The position numbers and the translations under genes are program-made. The notes under the pieces are model-generated. The model was not told the DNA's origin and did not search any database. It was given only the letters and a program-made list of their open reading frames with translations. A stretch of 64,000 bases of DNA from an uncultured virus (IMG/VR IMGVR_UViG_3300042890_004141) (Duplodnaviria; Heunggongvirae; Uroviricota; Caudoviricetes), in the IMG/VR virus record IMGVR_UViG_3300042890_004141, positions 1 to 64,000 of that record; one strand, given 5' to 3'. Shown here piece after piece: positions 36,433-45,471 of this stretch. The first letter of the stretch is position 1, and each line of letters starts with the position of its first letter.

Positions 36433-36897
36433 TTATCCTTTATAAAATGCTGTGTTTTTTTCATGTTCCCTAAATTCAACTTGAACTATTTTTACACGCT
36501 TATTTGTTTCTTTTTGAATAAATGTGTTTAGCTTGTAATAAAAATATTGAGCAAAACATTCTGCTCCTGTATTAGGTATTACTCGTAATTGGATTATACC
36601 TTCGGCATCCATGTTACGAAAATGAGAAAGATATGGATCATCTTCTGCAATGATTGTAGTATGATCAAGCATATAATCCATCCATGCTTTAGGATTCATA
36701 CCGTCGATAGTACCTTGGGAACGCTTCATACCTCCAAAGTCCCATACCCAGTTGCGGTGGTCAAGATCGCCTTCAAACCATACTTTTAAACTTACTCCGT
36801 AACCATGTAGGAAACGACAATGAGTATCTATAGCTTTCCATTGACGGAATACAGTTGAGTAACCGTCAAATACTTTTGTTGATCTAAAACTACCCAT
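36433..36897 (-). CDS. queD: 6-carboxytetrahydropterin synthase
   Basis: HCRFLHGY, WVWDFG, LDH, E..KNTA; between queE and queC. Confidence 0.88.
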   Translation of the reverse strand: MGSFRSTKVFDGYSTVFRQWKAIDTHCRFLHGYGVSLKVWFEGDLDHRNWVWDFGGMKRSQGTIDGMNPKAWMDYMLDHTTIIAEDDPYLSHFRNMDAEGIIQLRVIPNTGAECFAQYFYYKLNTFIQKETNKRVKIVQVEFREHEKNTAFYKG

Positions 36898-37135
36898 TAA
36901 TAAATTCCATTATTTGTTCAAAACTTTTAACTCCTACAAACCGACGTAATTCTTGTCCATTTTGAGCTAGTACTACTGTAGGAACACTCATTACATTAGC
37001 TGAACGTGCTCTATCTGCTTCATAATCAATGTTAATTTTTTCAACATTAATTTGTTGTCCTACTTTATCCATAATAGGACCTAAGGTTCGACATGGTTCA
37101 CACCATGGTGCGGTAAAATAAAATATCTGTTTCAT
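36890..37135 (-). CDS. thioredoxin
   Basis: WCEPC, SVPT. Confidence 0.9.
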   Translation of the reverse strand: MKQIFYFTAPWCEPCRTLGPIMDKVGQQINVEKINIDYEADRARSANVMSVPTVVLAQNGQELRRFVGVKSFEQIMEFING

Positions 37136-37344
37136 ACTAATTCTTCTATAATTCCAATAATTTCACTAAGGATTAAGATAAAAACTCCTAATCCAATACT
37201 ATACAACAATGCTCCATACCCAGTCAACCTAACAGCTGATTTAAGAAAGCTAACAATCTGATGTTTTTTAGGATCAGGATGTTTTTGTTTTTCATTTAAA
37301 ATTCTATAATGAATTTCATCATTAATAATACTTTCATTTTTCAT
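37132..37344 (-). CDS. small membrane protein
   Basis: HQIVSFLKSAVRL...EIIGIIEELV. Confidence 0.7.
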   Translation of the reverse strand: MKNESIINDEIHYRILNEKQKHPDPKKHQIVSFLKSAVRLTGYGALLYSIGLGVFILILSEIIGIIEELV

Positions 37345-37556
37345 ATAATTTCTTCTTCTTTAACTAATTCAGCTCCAAAATTTTCCTCTAGGAGACGAGA
37401 GGTATTTTCTTTAAATAATGGTTTGGCTTGAGACCAATCATAAGACCATTGAATAGATCCTTTGATTAGTCCCGTAAATACCTCACCATGCTTATTAACC
37501 ACAACATACATTTGTGGGTACGGTCCTGATTTTCTATACTGTCTTTTCGTAATCAT
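37341..37556 (-). CDS. hypothetical protein
   Basis: 71 aa ORF. Confidence 0.65.
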   Translation of the reverse strand: MITKRQYRKSGPYPQMYVVVNKHGEVFTGLIKGSIQWSYDWSQAKPLFKENTSRLLEENFGAELVKEEEII

Positions 37557-38421
37557 CTAATACTGAAGATACGTACTCTTTTACATATTCCCAAGTTACT
37601 GGTCCAAATTCATCAGCATAGTTTACAGGATCTTTTTTACCTAACTTAAGAAATGCTTCTACACGTTCAACTGATGATGCTGATTTATAATCTGAAAACC
37701 ATTCTGGTGATGGGTTTCCATAATTATCAAACACTAAATGAATCATTGGTTTGTAACTTGTGTTTGTACGGCTATAAACCTCATCAAAATCAATGCCTAG
37801 TTGTTCACAACATAATTCACCATCTTTTAAAATAGAAAATTTATTTCCTTCCATATACGGAACATAATAATTTACTAAATGTGAATCCCAGTTACCTGTT
37901 TTAAACGCTACTTCATCTGCTTTTCTCCATTCATCTGTACAATCAGGATAAACTGAATGGTCACCACTATGTACGCCTAAAGCAATAACACATTCTGTGT
38001 TTTTAGAATTAGCAATAGATAAAGCTACAGCTTGAGTAATAGATGAAAAGATTTTATTACGATTAGGAACTACAGTTGCCTTCATATTTTCTTCAGCATA
38101 GTGACCTTCAGGTACTTCATCTCCTCCGGTTACAAGTGCTGAATTAAGTAATTGGGACAAACCATCTAATTTAATTACTTGATAATTAATTTTTGGAAAA
38201 TGATGCATGATAACTTCTGTTGTATCATTTTTGTACTTAGTTTCATCAGCTTTACTATTTAAATAGTTAACTAAATCTTGAGCACGTTCAAGTTCAACTG
38301 AGTGTTTTTGCCCATAATCAAAGGATAGTGCTGTAACTTCATAACCATTGGCGAGTAGATGAAGCAGCAAGGTAGAGCTATCCATTCCTCCACTTAGTGA
38401 TAATACTGCTTGTTTTGTCAT
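37534..38421 (-). CDS. queC: 7-cyano-7-deazaguanine synthase
   Basis: SGGMDS, FDYGQKH, VPNRN, YPDC. Confidence 0.93.
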   Translation of the reverse strand: MTKQAVLSLSGGMDSSTLLLHLLANGYEVTALSFDYGQKHSVELERAQDLVNYLNSKADETKYKNDTTEVIMHHFPKINYQVIKLDGLSQLLNSALVTGGDEVPEGHYAEENMKATVVPNRNKIFSSITQAVALSIANSKNTECVIALGVHSGDHSVYPDCTDEWRKADEVAFKTGNWDSHLVNYYVPYMEGNKFSILKDGELCCEQLGIDFDEVYSRTNTSYKPMIHLVFDNYGNPSPEWFSDYKSASSVERVEAFLKLGKKDPVNYADEFGPVTWEYVKEYVSSVLDDYEKTV

Positions 38422-38555
38422 AGTTTTGTTTTATTTGCTAATCTACGTAACTGTTCTAAATTAGACAAGCTTAGGCGAAAACGATTTTCCCAAATAGCAT
38501 CTAGTACTTTTTTAATTTCAGCTTCATAAGCTGGATTAATATCTATTTTTTTCAT
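38418..38555 (-). CDS. hypothetical protein
   Basis: Manual translation MKKIDINPAYEAEIKKVLDAIWENRF... (45 aa), ATGA overlaps on both sides. Confidence 0.55.
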   Translation of the reverse strand: MKKIDINPAYEAEIKKVLDAIWENRFRLSLSNLEQLRRLANKTKL

Positions 38556-38740
38556 TTGTTAAAATATTCGTTTAAAAATGATTTAGGGTACATTACAATT
38601 TTACCTTTATAAACAGGATTTGATACTTGTTTAATAGTTGTAACAATTTTTTTAGCAGTTGCAGCTGCAAAAACATCTTTACCTAGTTCTTGACCTGCTG
38701 CCTTGCCTAAGTAATCATAAAGTGATAACATTTCTTCCAT
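38552..38740 (-). CDS. hypothetical protein
   Basis: SLYDYLGKAAG...YPKSFL. Confidence 0.7.
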   Translation of the reverse strand: MEEMLSLYDYLGKAAGQELGKDVFAAATAKKIVTTIKQVSNPVYKGKIVMYPKSFLNEYFNK

Positions 38741-38743
38741 AAC

Positions 38744-39229
38744 TTATTTTTTTAAATATATTTTTTCTTTAGTGCCTGCTGTTTGGTCATACCATTGTTC
38801 TTTATTCATGTCATACCATCTATAAGGTAATTCTGGGTTATCATTCCAACCATGAGCTCCATAGTAAACAGCGTCTTTTCTTAACAAATTTGCTCTGTGA
38901 GACTTATGAAATTCTTCATCTCCAAACCAAACAGGCATAACAATCTCTTCAGTAATAACCTCTTTTTTCATAGTATTATTTTTACCTCGAGCAACCCAAA
39001 CGTCTATAGAGTCGTTTAAATATTGTTTTAACGCAGGTATGTTATTTCTGAACATTTGGCTTATAGGGTGGTTAACTCGGCTTTTAGAATATGCTTTACC
39101 AGTCAGTGTTGGTCTACCTTCTAGACCAGCAATTAACTGATAAGTTTCTACTCGTTGTTTACCTAAACGTTTATCATCTAGAGATTCAAGTGATGTTTTA
39201 AAGTCGGGGTATGGGAGAAATACTTGCAT
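38744..39229 (-). CDS. pyrimidine-dimer DNA glycosylase family protein (DenV-like)
   Basis: MQVFLPY, LDDKRLGKQRVE, NHP, SHRANLLRKD. Confidence 0.8.
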   Translation of the reverse strand: MQVFLPYPDFKTSLESLDDKRLGKQRVETYQLIAGLEGRPTLTGKAYSKSRVNHPISQMFRNNIPALKQYLNDSIDVWVARGKNNTMKKEVITEEIVMPVWFGDEEFHKSHRANLLRKDAVYYGAHGWNDNPELPYRWYDMNKEQWYDQTAGTKEKIYLKK

Positions 39230-40005
39230 TATTTTAATAGTTTTCTAAACATTCTTAAATTCCAATCAAGTAAGTTATAATCAATATCTGTAGTGTAAAA
39301 ATTATGGTTCATATCTGATTTTGGTTTTTCAGTTAAACCATTTCTACCATATTGAATACCATCTAAAGTAGCCATAATTGGGTTTGATGTATCAATAGTT
39401 TCAATAAAAGGCATATCTTTATACCAACTGAATTCTTGTGGTACTTGACAGCCTAATAGATGTACTCTATCATTATCTACAATCAAACCCATATGATACA
39501 TTCTACTTATTACCTCAATTCTACCTAATGCTTTAGCTAGATTTTCATTAGGATGATTAGAGTGATTTAAATAATATTCAGCACCATATGAAAATGCTAT
39601 CTTTTTATAACCTAAATCTTTATATGTTTGATAACATAAAACAGCATCTAAAAAGTTTTGAGCTTGAACAACTGCTACTTTAGTAACTTCTTTAGGTAAT
39701 TTAATTTGAGTCCATTTTCTAGCATTAACAATAGAAGCATTTGTATCTTGCCAAACATCAGGAACAATAAACTCATTAGGACGTAACTTATCTACCCAAT
39801 ATAATAGACCTGAATCATGGTATGCTGTTCCTAATTCATGGAGTGAATTATCTAAGATAATATAACGACCTTGTTGTTTTGCTTTCATAAAGAAATCAAC
39901 ATAGTCTTTATCTTTATCTAAAAGATGAACTAAACAATAATCATAGTCATTAAAATCAAGACTATCTTCTAACAAACATAAGGGAACTTCATGACTTATT
40001 TTCAT
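39229..40005 (-). CDS. TGT-fold / DpdA-like 7-deazaguanine transglycosylase
   Basis: ILDNS, VPDV, HLLG, IDTSNP motifs in TGT order; heads the queC/D/E-folE cluster. Confidence 0.65.
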   Translation of the reverse strand: MKISHEVPLCLLEDSLDFNDYDYCLVHLLDKDKDYVDFFMKAKQQGRYIILDNSLHELGTAYHDSGLLYWVDKLRPNEFIVPDVWQDTNASIVNARKWTQIKLPKEVTKVAVVQAQNFLDAVLCYQTYKDLGYKKIAFSYGAEYYLNHSNHPNENLAKALGRIEVISRMYHMGLIVDNDRVHLLGCQVPQEFSWYKDMPFIETIDTSNPIMATLDGIQYGRNGLTEKPKSDMNHNFYTTDIDYNLLDWNLRMFRKLLK

Positions 40006-40490
40006 ATATTTACTTTTTTAGGTCTACCTCGTCTTTTAGGAGCTACTCTCCTAACATTGTATTTTGTACTAGCATAAAGATAATAATCCTTTACAGATGA
40101 GCCAAACAATTTAATCTCTTCTTCTACTAAAAGTTTATCAATTTCAAAATGATCATAAATAGCATCTATAAAATTCTCTAATTTAGAATCATCATCATTA
40201 TAATGGTCTGTCATTAAACGCTCATATTTACTTAACAACAAACCGCCTCGTTTAGCTCTATCAAATGGTTCTAAACCAGCATTGTCATTATCATATTTTT
40301 CCCAAAGTGCTGATTGTGCCATCCAAAAATAAGGAGATGGATCAAAGTCACCATTGTTTATTCTTTTTTCAATATGAGCAGACTTAGGTAGTGGTTTTGG
40401 AACATCATAATTTCTCCACCATCTAAATGGACTGTAATTAAGTTTTTTAAGTTGTGATAAGTGTTTTTGAATAACTTCTCTAGAATGCAT
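40002..40490 (-). CDS. hypothetical protein with AT-hook-like tail
   Basis: FRWWR, INNGDFD, KRRGRPKK. Confidence 0.7.
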   Translation of the reverse strand: MHSREVIQKHLSQLKKLNYSPFRWWRNYDVPKPLPKSAHIEKRINNGDFDPSPYFWMAQSALWEKYDNDNAGLEPFDRAKRGGLLLSKYERLMTDHYNDDDSKLENFIDAIYDHFEIDKLLVEEEIKLFGSSVKDYYLYASTKYNVRRVAPKRRGRPKKVNI

Positions 40491-40491
40491 A

Positions 40492-40719
40492 TTAGAAACC
40501 TATTTCTTTTTGTAAATCATATATTTCTTTTTCTACCTCAGAATATACATTAAGATTTAAATAAGTATCATTCCAATTATGATAAAATAAATATTCTTTA
40601 GCTGCTTTAGGCATAAATTCTTTAACCAATTGAGCTTCTTCAGCGGTTAAAACCTCTTTGTTGTAGAAAAGCTCCTGAGCGGCTTGGAAATCAATATGTT
40701 TTAGAGTTTTATAAATCAT
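40492..40719 (-). CDS. hypothetical protein
   Basis: 75 aa ORF downstream of promoter. Confidence 0.7.
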   Translation of the reverse strand: MIYKTLKHIDFQAAQELFYNKEVLTAEEAQLVKEFMPKAAKEYLFYHNWNDTYLNLNVYSEVEKEIYDLQKEIGF

Positions 40720-40741
40720 AACCTTTATTTTTATTATGCTA

Positions 40742-40773
40742 TAAATATAACATCAAAATCTAACAAGGCCAAA
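40742..40773 (-). promoter_or_regulatory. early/middle promoter of the deazaguanine cluster
   Basis: TTTGG-N19-TATATTTA. Confidence 0.75.
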
Positions 40774-40780
40774 CAAGAGA

Positions 40781-42010
40781 TTAAAAATAAGTTATAGTAT
40801 TATCATCTTTTTTAGACTGGAATTGTTTTGTTAGTAAGTCTTTTAGATTACTTACTTCATTTAAAACTTTTTCTTTTTTCCAGTTTTCAGCTGTAGTAAA
40901 ACTATTAGTTACATCTTCTAGTTTATTAATAGCTTCCATATACTGATTAAGTTGTTGAGTGTCTTTTATGTTTAGGTTAGCTGCTTTAGCTTCTTCCTCA
41001 TCTATAATCCCATCATCATTAGTATCTGCTTTATCAAATACTTCTTTAAGTTCTTCTTCCTCAACAATACCATCTCCATCTAAATCTAATTTATTTTTAT
41101 AATATTCTTTATCTTTTTCTTTATAGATTTCATATTGTTTTTCTTCTTCCTCTAAAATATCATTTTCACCTAACTCAGCTTCTAACCATTCTTTATCTTC
41201 ATCTGTTAGTTTGTTTATAGGTGTCTTACGTAATTGAGCAAATGCAAAGTTAGCGGCTATAACAAGAGCAATAGCTAATGGATCAAATACAAATATAATA
41301 ACTAATATATACCAGTTAATGATTCGGTCCATAGTAACACCAGTAAGAGCACTTAAATATTTTAAAGGACCTAACTCACTAGTCGCTGTAGCATTAGTTT
41401 TAACTTCTAATATTTTAGACTCAATTGAAAAAATAGAGTCATTTATTATATCTAATTTAGAAGATAATTTATCATCTGATTTAGAGGCATTCTCAATTTG
41501 TTTAATAGAAGCATTGTTAGATCTTACTACTAAATTACCTTTACGATCTGTAAATTGGGTTGTTGATCCTTTAGATAAGCTACCTTTTAATTCAGATAAG
41601 GATTGTTTTTCTTGTAAAATACCTGCTCTAGTATTTTCATATAATTTCTTTTTAGTTTCTAAAGATGCTACTCTAGAATCAACAATACTAGTTTGGTCAG
41701 CTGTTTTTTGGTAAGCTGAAGATAAATAACCATAGATACCCGCTGATGTAATTAATATTAAAATAACAGCTGCTATAGTTAAATAAATTCTTAGTATTTT
41801 ATTTAATTTATTCCAGTATTGATATAATAAAGAGGCAATTACTAATTTAGATATCTCTAAAGAAGAGGCCATAATCATCACAGCAGTACTAGCCCCAGCA
41901 AATAACATGCTGAGACCAGTAATACTATAAACGGCTGCGGACGCACTTACTGATAGTGCTGAAAGAGCAATTATGAATGGGAATACTCTTTCTTTGATTT
42001 TTTCAAACAT
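40781..42010 (-). CDS. multi-TM coiled-coil membrane protein with paired EF-hands
   Basis: 3 N-terminal TMs, coiled coil, FVFDPLA TM, DLDGDGIVEEEE and DTNDDGIIDEEE loops. Confidence 0.75.
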   Translation of the reverse strand: MFEKIKERVFPFIIALSALSVSASAAVYSITGLSMLFAGASTAVMIMASSLEISKLVIASLLYQYWNKLNKILRIYLTIAAVILILITSAGIYGYLSSAYQKTADQTSIVDSRVASLETKKKLYENTRAGILQEKQSLSELKGSLSKGSTTQFTDRKGNLVVRSNNASIKQIENASKSDDKLSSKLDIINDSIFSIESKILEVKTNATATSELGPLKYLSALTGVTMDRIINWYILVIIFVFDPLAIALVIAANFAFAQLRKTPINKLTDEDKEWLEAELGENDILEEEEKQYEIYKEKDKEYYKNKLDLDGDGIVEEEELKEVFDKADTNDDGIIDEEEAKAANLNIKDTQQLNQYMEAINKLEDVTNSFTTAENWKKEKVLNEVSNLKDLLTKQFQSKKDDNTITYF

Positions 42011-42028
42011 AATCTTAAAAATTAAGCT

Positions 42029-42052
42029 GGTGAGAGCTTATTCGCTCTCACC
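42029..42052 (-). terminator. stem-loop, probable terminator
   Basis: GGTGAGAGC / GCTCTCACC inverted repeat. Confidence 0.55.
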
Positions 42053-42217
42053 TTTGCTTTTTTTCTTTTTGTAGTACTTACGTTTTGGTTTTGGGGCAGG
42101 AGATTCTTGAGCGGCTACCATTTCTTTCACTGTAGGTTTAACTTCCGCAGGAGCAGGAGTTTCAACTACTTTACTTTTACCAAAAATTAAGTTTCTAAGT
42201 TTTTGTATAAGATTCAT
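42038..42217 (-). CDS. small Pro/Lys-rich protein
   Basis: Manual translation MNLIQKLRNLIFGK...PKPKRKYYKKKKSKGESE (59 aa); ATATTTATAA upstream. Confidence 0.6.
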   Translation of the reverse strand: MNLIQKLRNLIFGKSKVVETPAPAEVKPTVKEMVAAQESPAPKPKRKYYKKKKSKGESE

Positions 42218-42229
42218 AATTATAAATAT

Positions 42230-44086
42230 TTACACTATTTCACAAGCACCTCCAGCACAAGCTGCTTGATCCATCAATGCTGTGTTATCAGTCATCTCAA
42301 TTACTTTGGATAAATCTACTTGATGTAATGATTTTACTGCCTCATTAAATTGTTCCTCAGTAATTGTTTCATAAGGAGCTTGCTTATAAGTACCTAAATC
42401 TTCAGGTAAGAATGAAAGTGCGGTAAAGTATTCTTTGTTTTCATAAAGCCATTCTCCAACAGTACCCCATTCATCTTGTTTAATAGTTACTGTAGCTGAT
42501 ACGTTGTGCATATTAGCACCTTTTCTATGACCTGGTTTGATCCAATTTTTATTAATTGTTTTAATGCGTTCTAACATATCCATAGCTGATTCTTTACGTG
42601 TGATTGAACCTTCTGGAGCACGTTGAGGAACAGAAACAATTGATTGTAATGTTGGTTTAAAGAAATCATCTTCCAACATTTCAGGATGGTACATACTTAA
42701 GTAAGCATAAAGTGCTTCATTTTTACCTAAACGAATACGGCGAATATAATAATCATCATGCCAAGCGTGAATGCCTGAACTTGTACCTAGTACTAATGAA
42801 GTGGTACCTGAAGGTTTAACTGTAGTGACACGAGCTGCTTTATTAATACCTAATACTTTAGCTAAACGTTCATTTTCATCACATGCTACCTTAGCTGCTT
42901 CTTTCATATTTAATTTAAATACAGCCCCTGAAGCAATACCTGTCATTCCAATACCTAACAATGCTTCTTTTTCAGTTGTTTTTCTCCAAACATCTCTCAA
43001 ATAATGAAAGTCAGTATATGAGGCTTGTAGTGTACCAATAAATGCTGCTGCTTTAGCTCTTGAGTTATATTCTTCTTGTGTTTCAATATCTGAAGCATTA
43101 ATTTCGCACAAGTTACAGAATTGATTAGCTTTCAAGTTAATTTCAGCGCATGGGTTAGTACCAGCATCTTTATCATTTGTAAATAAGAAACCTGGTTCAC
43201 CACTGTTAGATGCTTCAATTTTACCCCACAAGTTCATAAATGTTTCTTTATCAATCATGTTACGAAGTAATACTGCTGAGTTATTAGCACGGCCACGTTG
43301 TGGATTATTTTCCCACCAGTTACCAAACTTACAAGTTAACATATTCTCATCATGTAGGTTAAATAAAGCAATTAAAGCAGCCCTACGAATACCTCCGGAT
43401 AACACAGCATCAGCTAAGTGACAAATAATGTCATGACATTCTACTGTTGTTAATTTTTCACCATCTTGTTTACGGTCTAAAATAGCTTGCATATGAATTA
43501 AAGCAATTTTCAATGGTTCAGGACCTGGTGCTTTACCACCTACTGTAATCAATGAAGCACCTTTAGCTCTAATGTCTCTAAAGTCAAATAGAGGAGCAGT
43601 TGATGTGTAACCAAAATAAGCTTTAGTCAACATACGAACAGCATCAGCCCATCCTTCAATAGAATCACCTACTAGATAACGCTTTGATTTCAAAGGTTTT
43701 CTAATTTCAGGTAATTGTTCTACATGGTGGGTTTGAACTGAGTATCCAACTCCACAACCTGAAAGTAACAAAAACATAATTTCAGAAAATGCTCTGTAAT
43801 CATCAATTGGTAAATATGAACAGTTAAAAATACGAGCGTTGTTTATTTCAATAGGCTTACCAGCAAATTGCATTGAACGCATAGATGGTAGTACTTTTTT
43901 GTCATAAACAAACTTGTAAGCGGCTTCAATTTCTTCAGCCAATTCAGGAAATTTCTTCAAGTGCATTTCCTTGTTTCGAGTTACTAGCTCGTCCCATGTC
44001 TCTCTCCTGTTTTTGTCAGGTACGAATTTCGCGTATTTGAGGTGGGTAGTGATTTCAGACAAAATTTGTGATTCTGTAGTTAACAT
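42230..44086 (-). CDS. nrdJ: ribonucleotide reductase, class II (adenosylcobalamin-dependent)
   Basis: FNC, TNPCAEI, CNL, TVKPSGT, C-terminal ACAGGAC; no beta subunit nearby. Confidence 0.88.
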   Translation of the reverse strand: MLTTESQILSEITTHLKYAKFVPDKNRRETWDELVTRNKEMHLKKFPELAEEIEAAYKFVYDKKVLPSMRSMQFAGKPIEINNARIFNCSYLPIDDYRAFSEIMFLLLSGCGVGYSVQTHHVEQLPEIRKPLKSKRYLVGDSIEGWADAVRMLTKAYFGYTSTAPLFDFRDIRAKGASLITVGGKAPGPEPLKIALIHMQAILDRKQDGEKLTTVECHDIICHLADAVLSGGIRRAALIALFNLHDENMLTCKFGNWWENNPQRGRANNSAVLLRNMIDKETFMNLWGKIEASNSGEPGFLFTNDKDAGTNPCAEINLKANQFCNLCEINASDIETQEEYNSRAKAAAFIGTLQASYTDFHYLRDVWRKTTEKEALLGIGMTGIASGAVFKLNMKEAAKVACDENERLAKVLGINKAARVTTVKPSGTTSLVLGTSSGIHAWHDDYYIRRIRLGKNEALYAYLSMYHPEMLEDDFFKPTLQSIVSVPQRAPEGSITRKESAMDMLERIKTINKNWIKPGHRKGANMHNVSATVTIKQDEWGTVGEWLYENKEYFTALSFLPEDLGTYKQAPYETITEEQFNEAVKSLHQVDLSKVIEMTDNTALMDQAACAGGACEIV

Positions 44087-44104
44087 TGTTTTTTTAATAA
44101 TTTT

Positions 44105-45466
44105 TTAGTTAGATAGTTCGAAAAATCTTTGTTTAATAAGTGCCTTGTCTGATGAATCTATACCTCCAAAAGTATTAGATTTTTGTGGTGAAGATGATTC
44201 TTCGTCTTCTTCTAAATAGGATGATACCTCAAAATGCCCTGTTGAGGTATCTACTTTGACAGAATAGGTCATACCGTCCATTCCGTATCGATTTTTCATA
44301 ATGTGAAATCTTCCTGTCCCATTTACTTTATCTTGACGTTTCCTTGATAAGGATATAGCAACATCAGTAACCATCATTTTATCATAGCTACCTGCTGCTT
44401 TATCACCCTCAATAATATCATCTTTTGCACCAGCGCGGTTTACTTGAGATACACTCCAAATAGGTAGATTTAATTCTCTAGCAAGACCCTTAGTACTAAT
44501 ATAAATATCATCTATTTCATCCTTACGCTCACGATTATTTTTCTTTGAACGAAGAAGATCTACATAGTCAATAATAATTAGGTCTGGTTTAAAATCTAGA
44601 TCAATACATTTTTTAATATGTGATTCAATAGTTGATATAGATGCTTTGCCGGTTGGATATTCTTTAATAATCAATTGACCTTCCAACTGATTGACTACAT
44701 CTTCAATTTTAGTTTTATATTTTGTAATATCTTGAACTGATATGTTAGTGAAGAAAGCGTCATATCTTCGTCCTACATAATCAGCTCCTAATTCTAAAGT
44801 ATAATGTAAAACATTATAACCTAACTTAACAGCATAACCACCTAAAGCAACTAGTGACCAAGATTTACCACCACCTGGACTACCAAATATTAATCCGAAG
44901 TCACCATTACCTAAGCCACCTTGAAGTAGTTCATTAAATGATTCCCAAGGTGTAGGAACAATTTTTCTATGGTCTTCTCTATATCTTGATTCAACATCTT
45001 TATTATATTCATGACCCATATTTTTGTCTCCACCTGCTTTAAGTGCATTGTCAATCATTGATCTAATTGAATCATAATCTCCAGCATTAAGAAAATCTAC
45101 ACTTGTTAACAATGCTTTTTTAAGCTGTTGGTTTTTACAAAAATTAGAAAATTCTTCCTCAACATACTTAAGATCTTCATCTGATGCTTTATATGCTTCT
45201 CTTAATTGTTCTTTAATAGATACTTGTAAAACTTCATTATCAATTTTTTTAAGTTCTACTTTAAGAACATCCATACTTGGAGTAGTATGATATTTTTGAT
45301 AATATTTTAGGATTTCTTTAATAATCCAACGGTGTGCTGTGTTGTCAAAGTATTCTTCACTTAACACATCTTGAATGTTCAATAGAAATTCTTTATGTGT
45401 TAAAAGTGAAGACAGTACTTTAACCTGGAATCCTATTCCGTATTGTGAAAGATTTTGTAATGTCAT
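44105..45466 (-). CDS. replicative DnaB-like helicase (T4 gp41-like)
   Basis: GSPGGGKS, TLEL, IIIDYVD, SQVNR, KNRYG. Confidence 0.92.
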   Translation of the reverse strand: MTLQNLSQYGIGFQVKVLSSLLTHKEFLLNIQDVLSEEYFDNTAHRWIIKEILKYYQKYHTTPSMDVLKVELKKIDNEVLQVSIKEQLREAYKASDEDLKYVEEEFSNFCKNQQLKKALLTSVDFLNAGDYDSIRSMIDNALKAGGDKNMGHEYNKDVESRYREDHRKIVPTPWESFNELLQGGLGNGDFGLIFGSPGGGKSWSLVALGGYAVKLGYNVLHYTLELGADYVGRRYDAFFTNISVQDITKYKTKIEDVVNQLEGQLIIKEYPTGKASISTIESHIKKCIDLDFKPDLIIIDYVDLLRSKKNNRERKDEIDDIYISTKGLARELNLPIWSVSQVNRAGAKDDIIEGDKAAGSYDKMMVTDVAISLSRKRQDKVNGTGRFHIMKNRYGMDGMTYSVKVDTSTGHFEVSSYLEEDEESSSPQKSNTFGGIDSSDKALIKQRFFELSN

Positions 45467-45471
45467 ATAAC

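Noticed and set aside
39229..40005. Canonical tRNA-guanine transglycosylase for queuosine tRNA modification
   Set aside because: Too short, lacks the Zn-binding CxCxxC and DSGG motifs, and no queF/queA in the window; a DNA-directed DpdA-like role fits better but is unproven.
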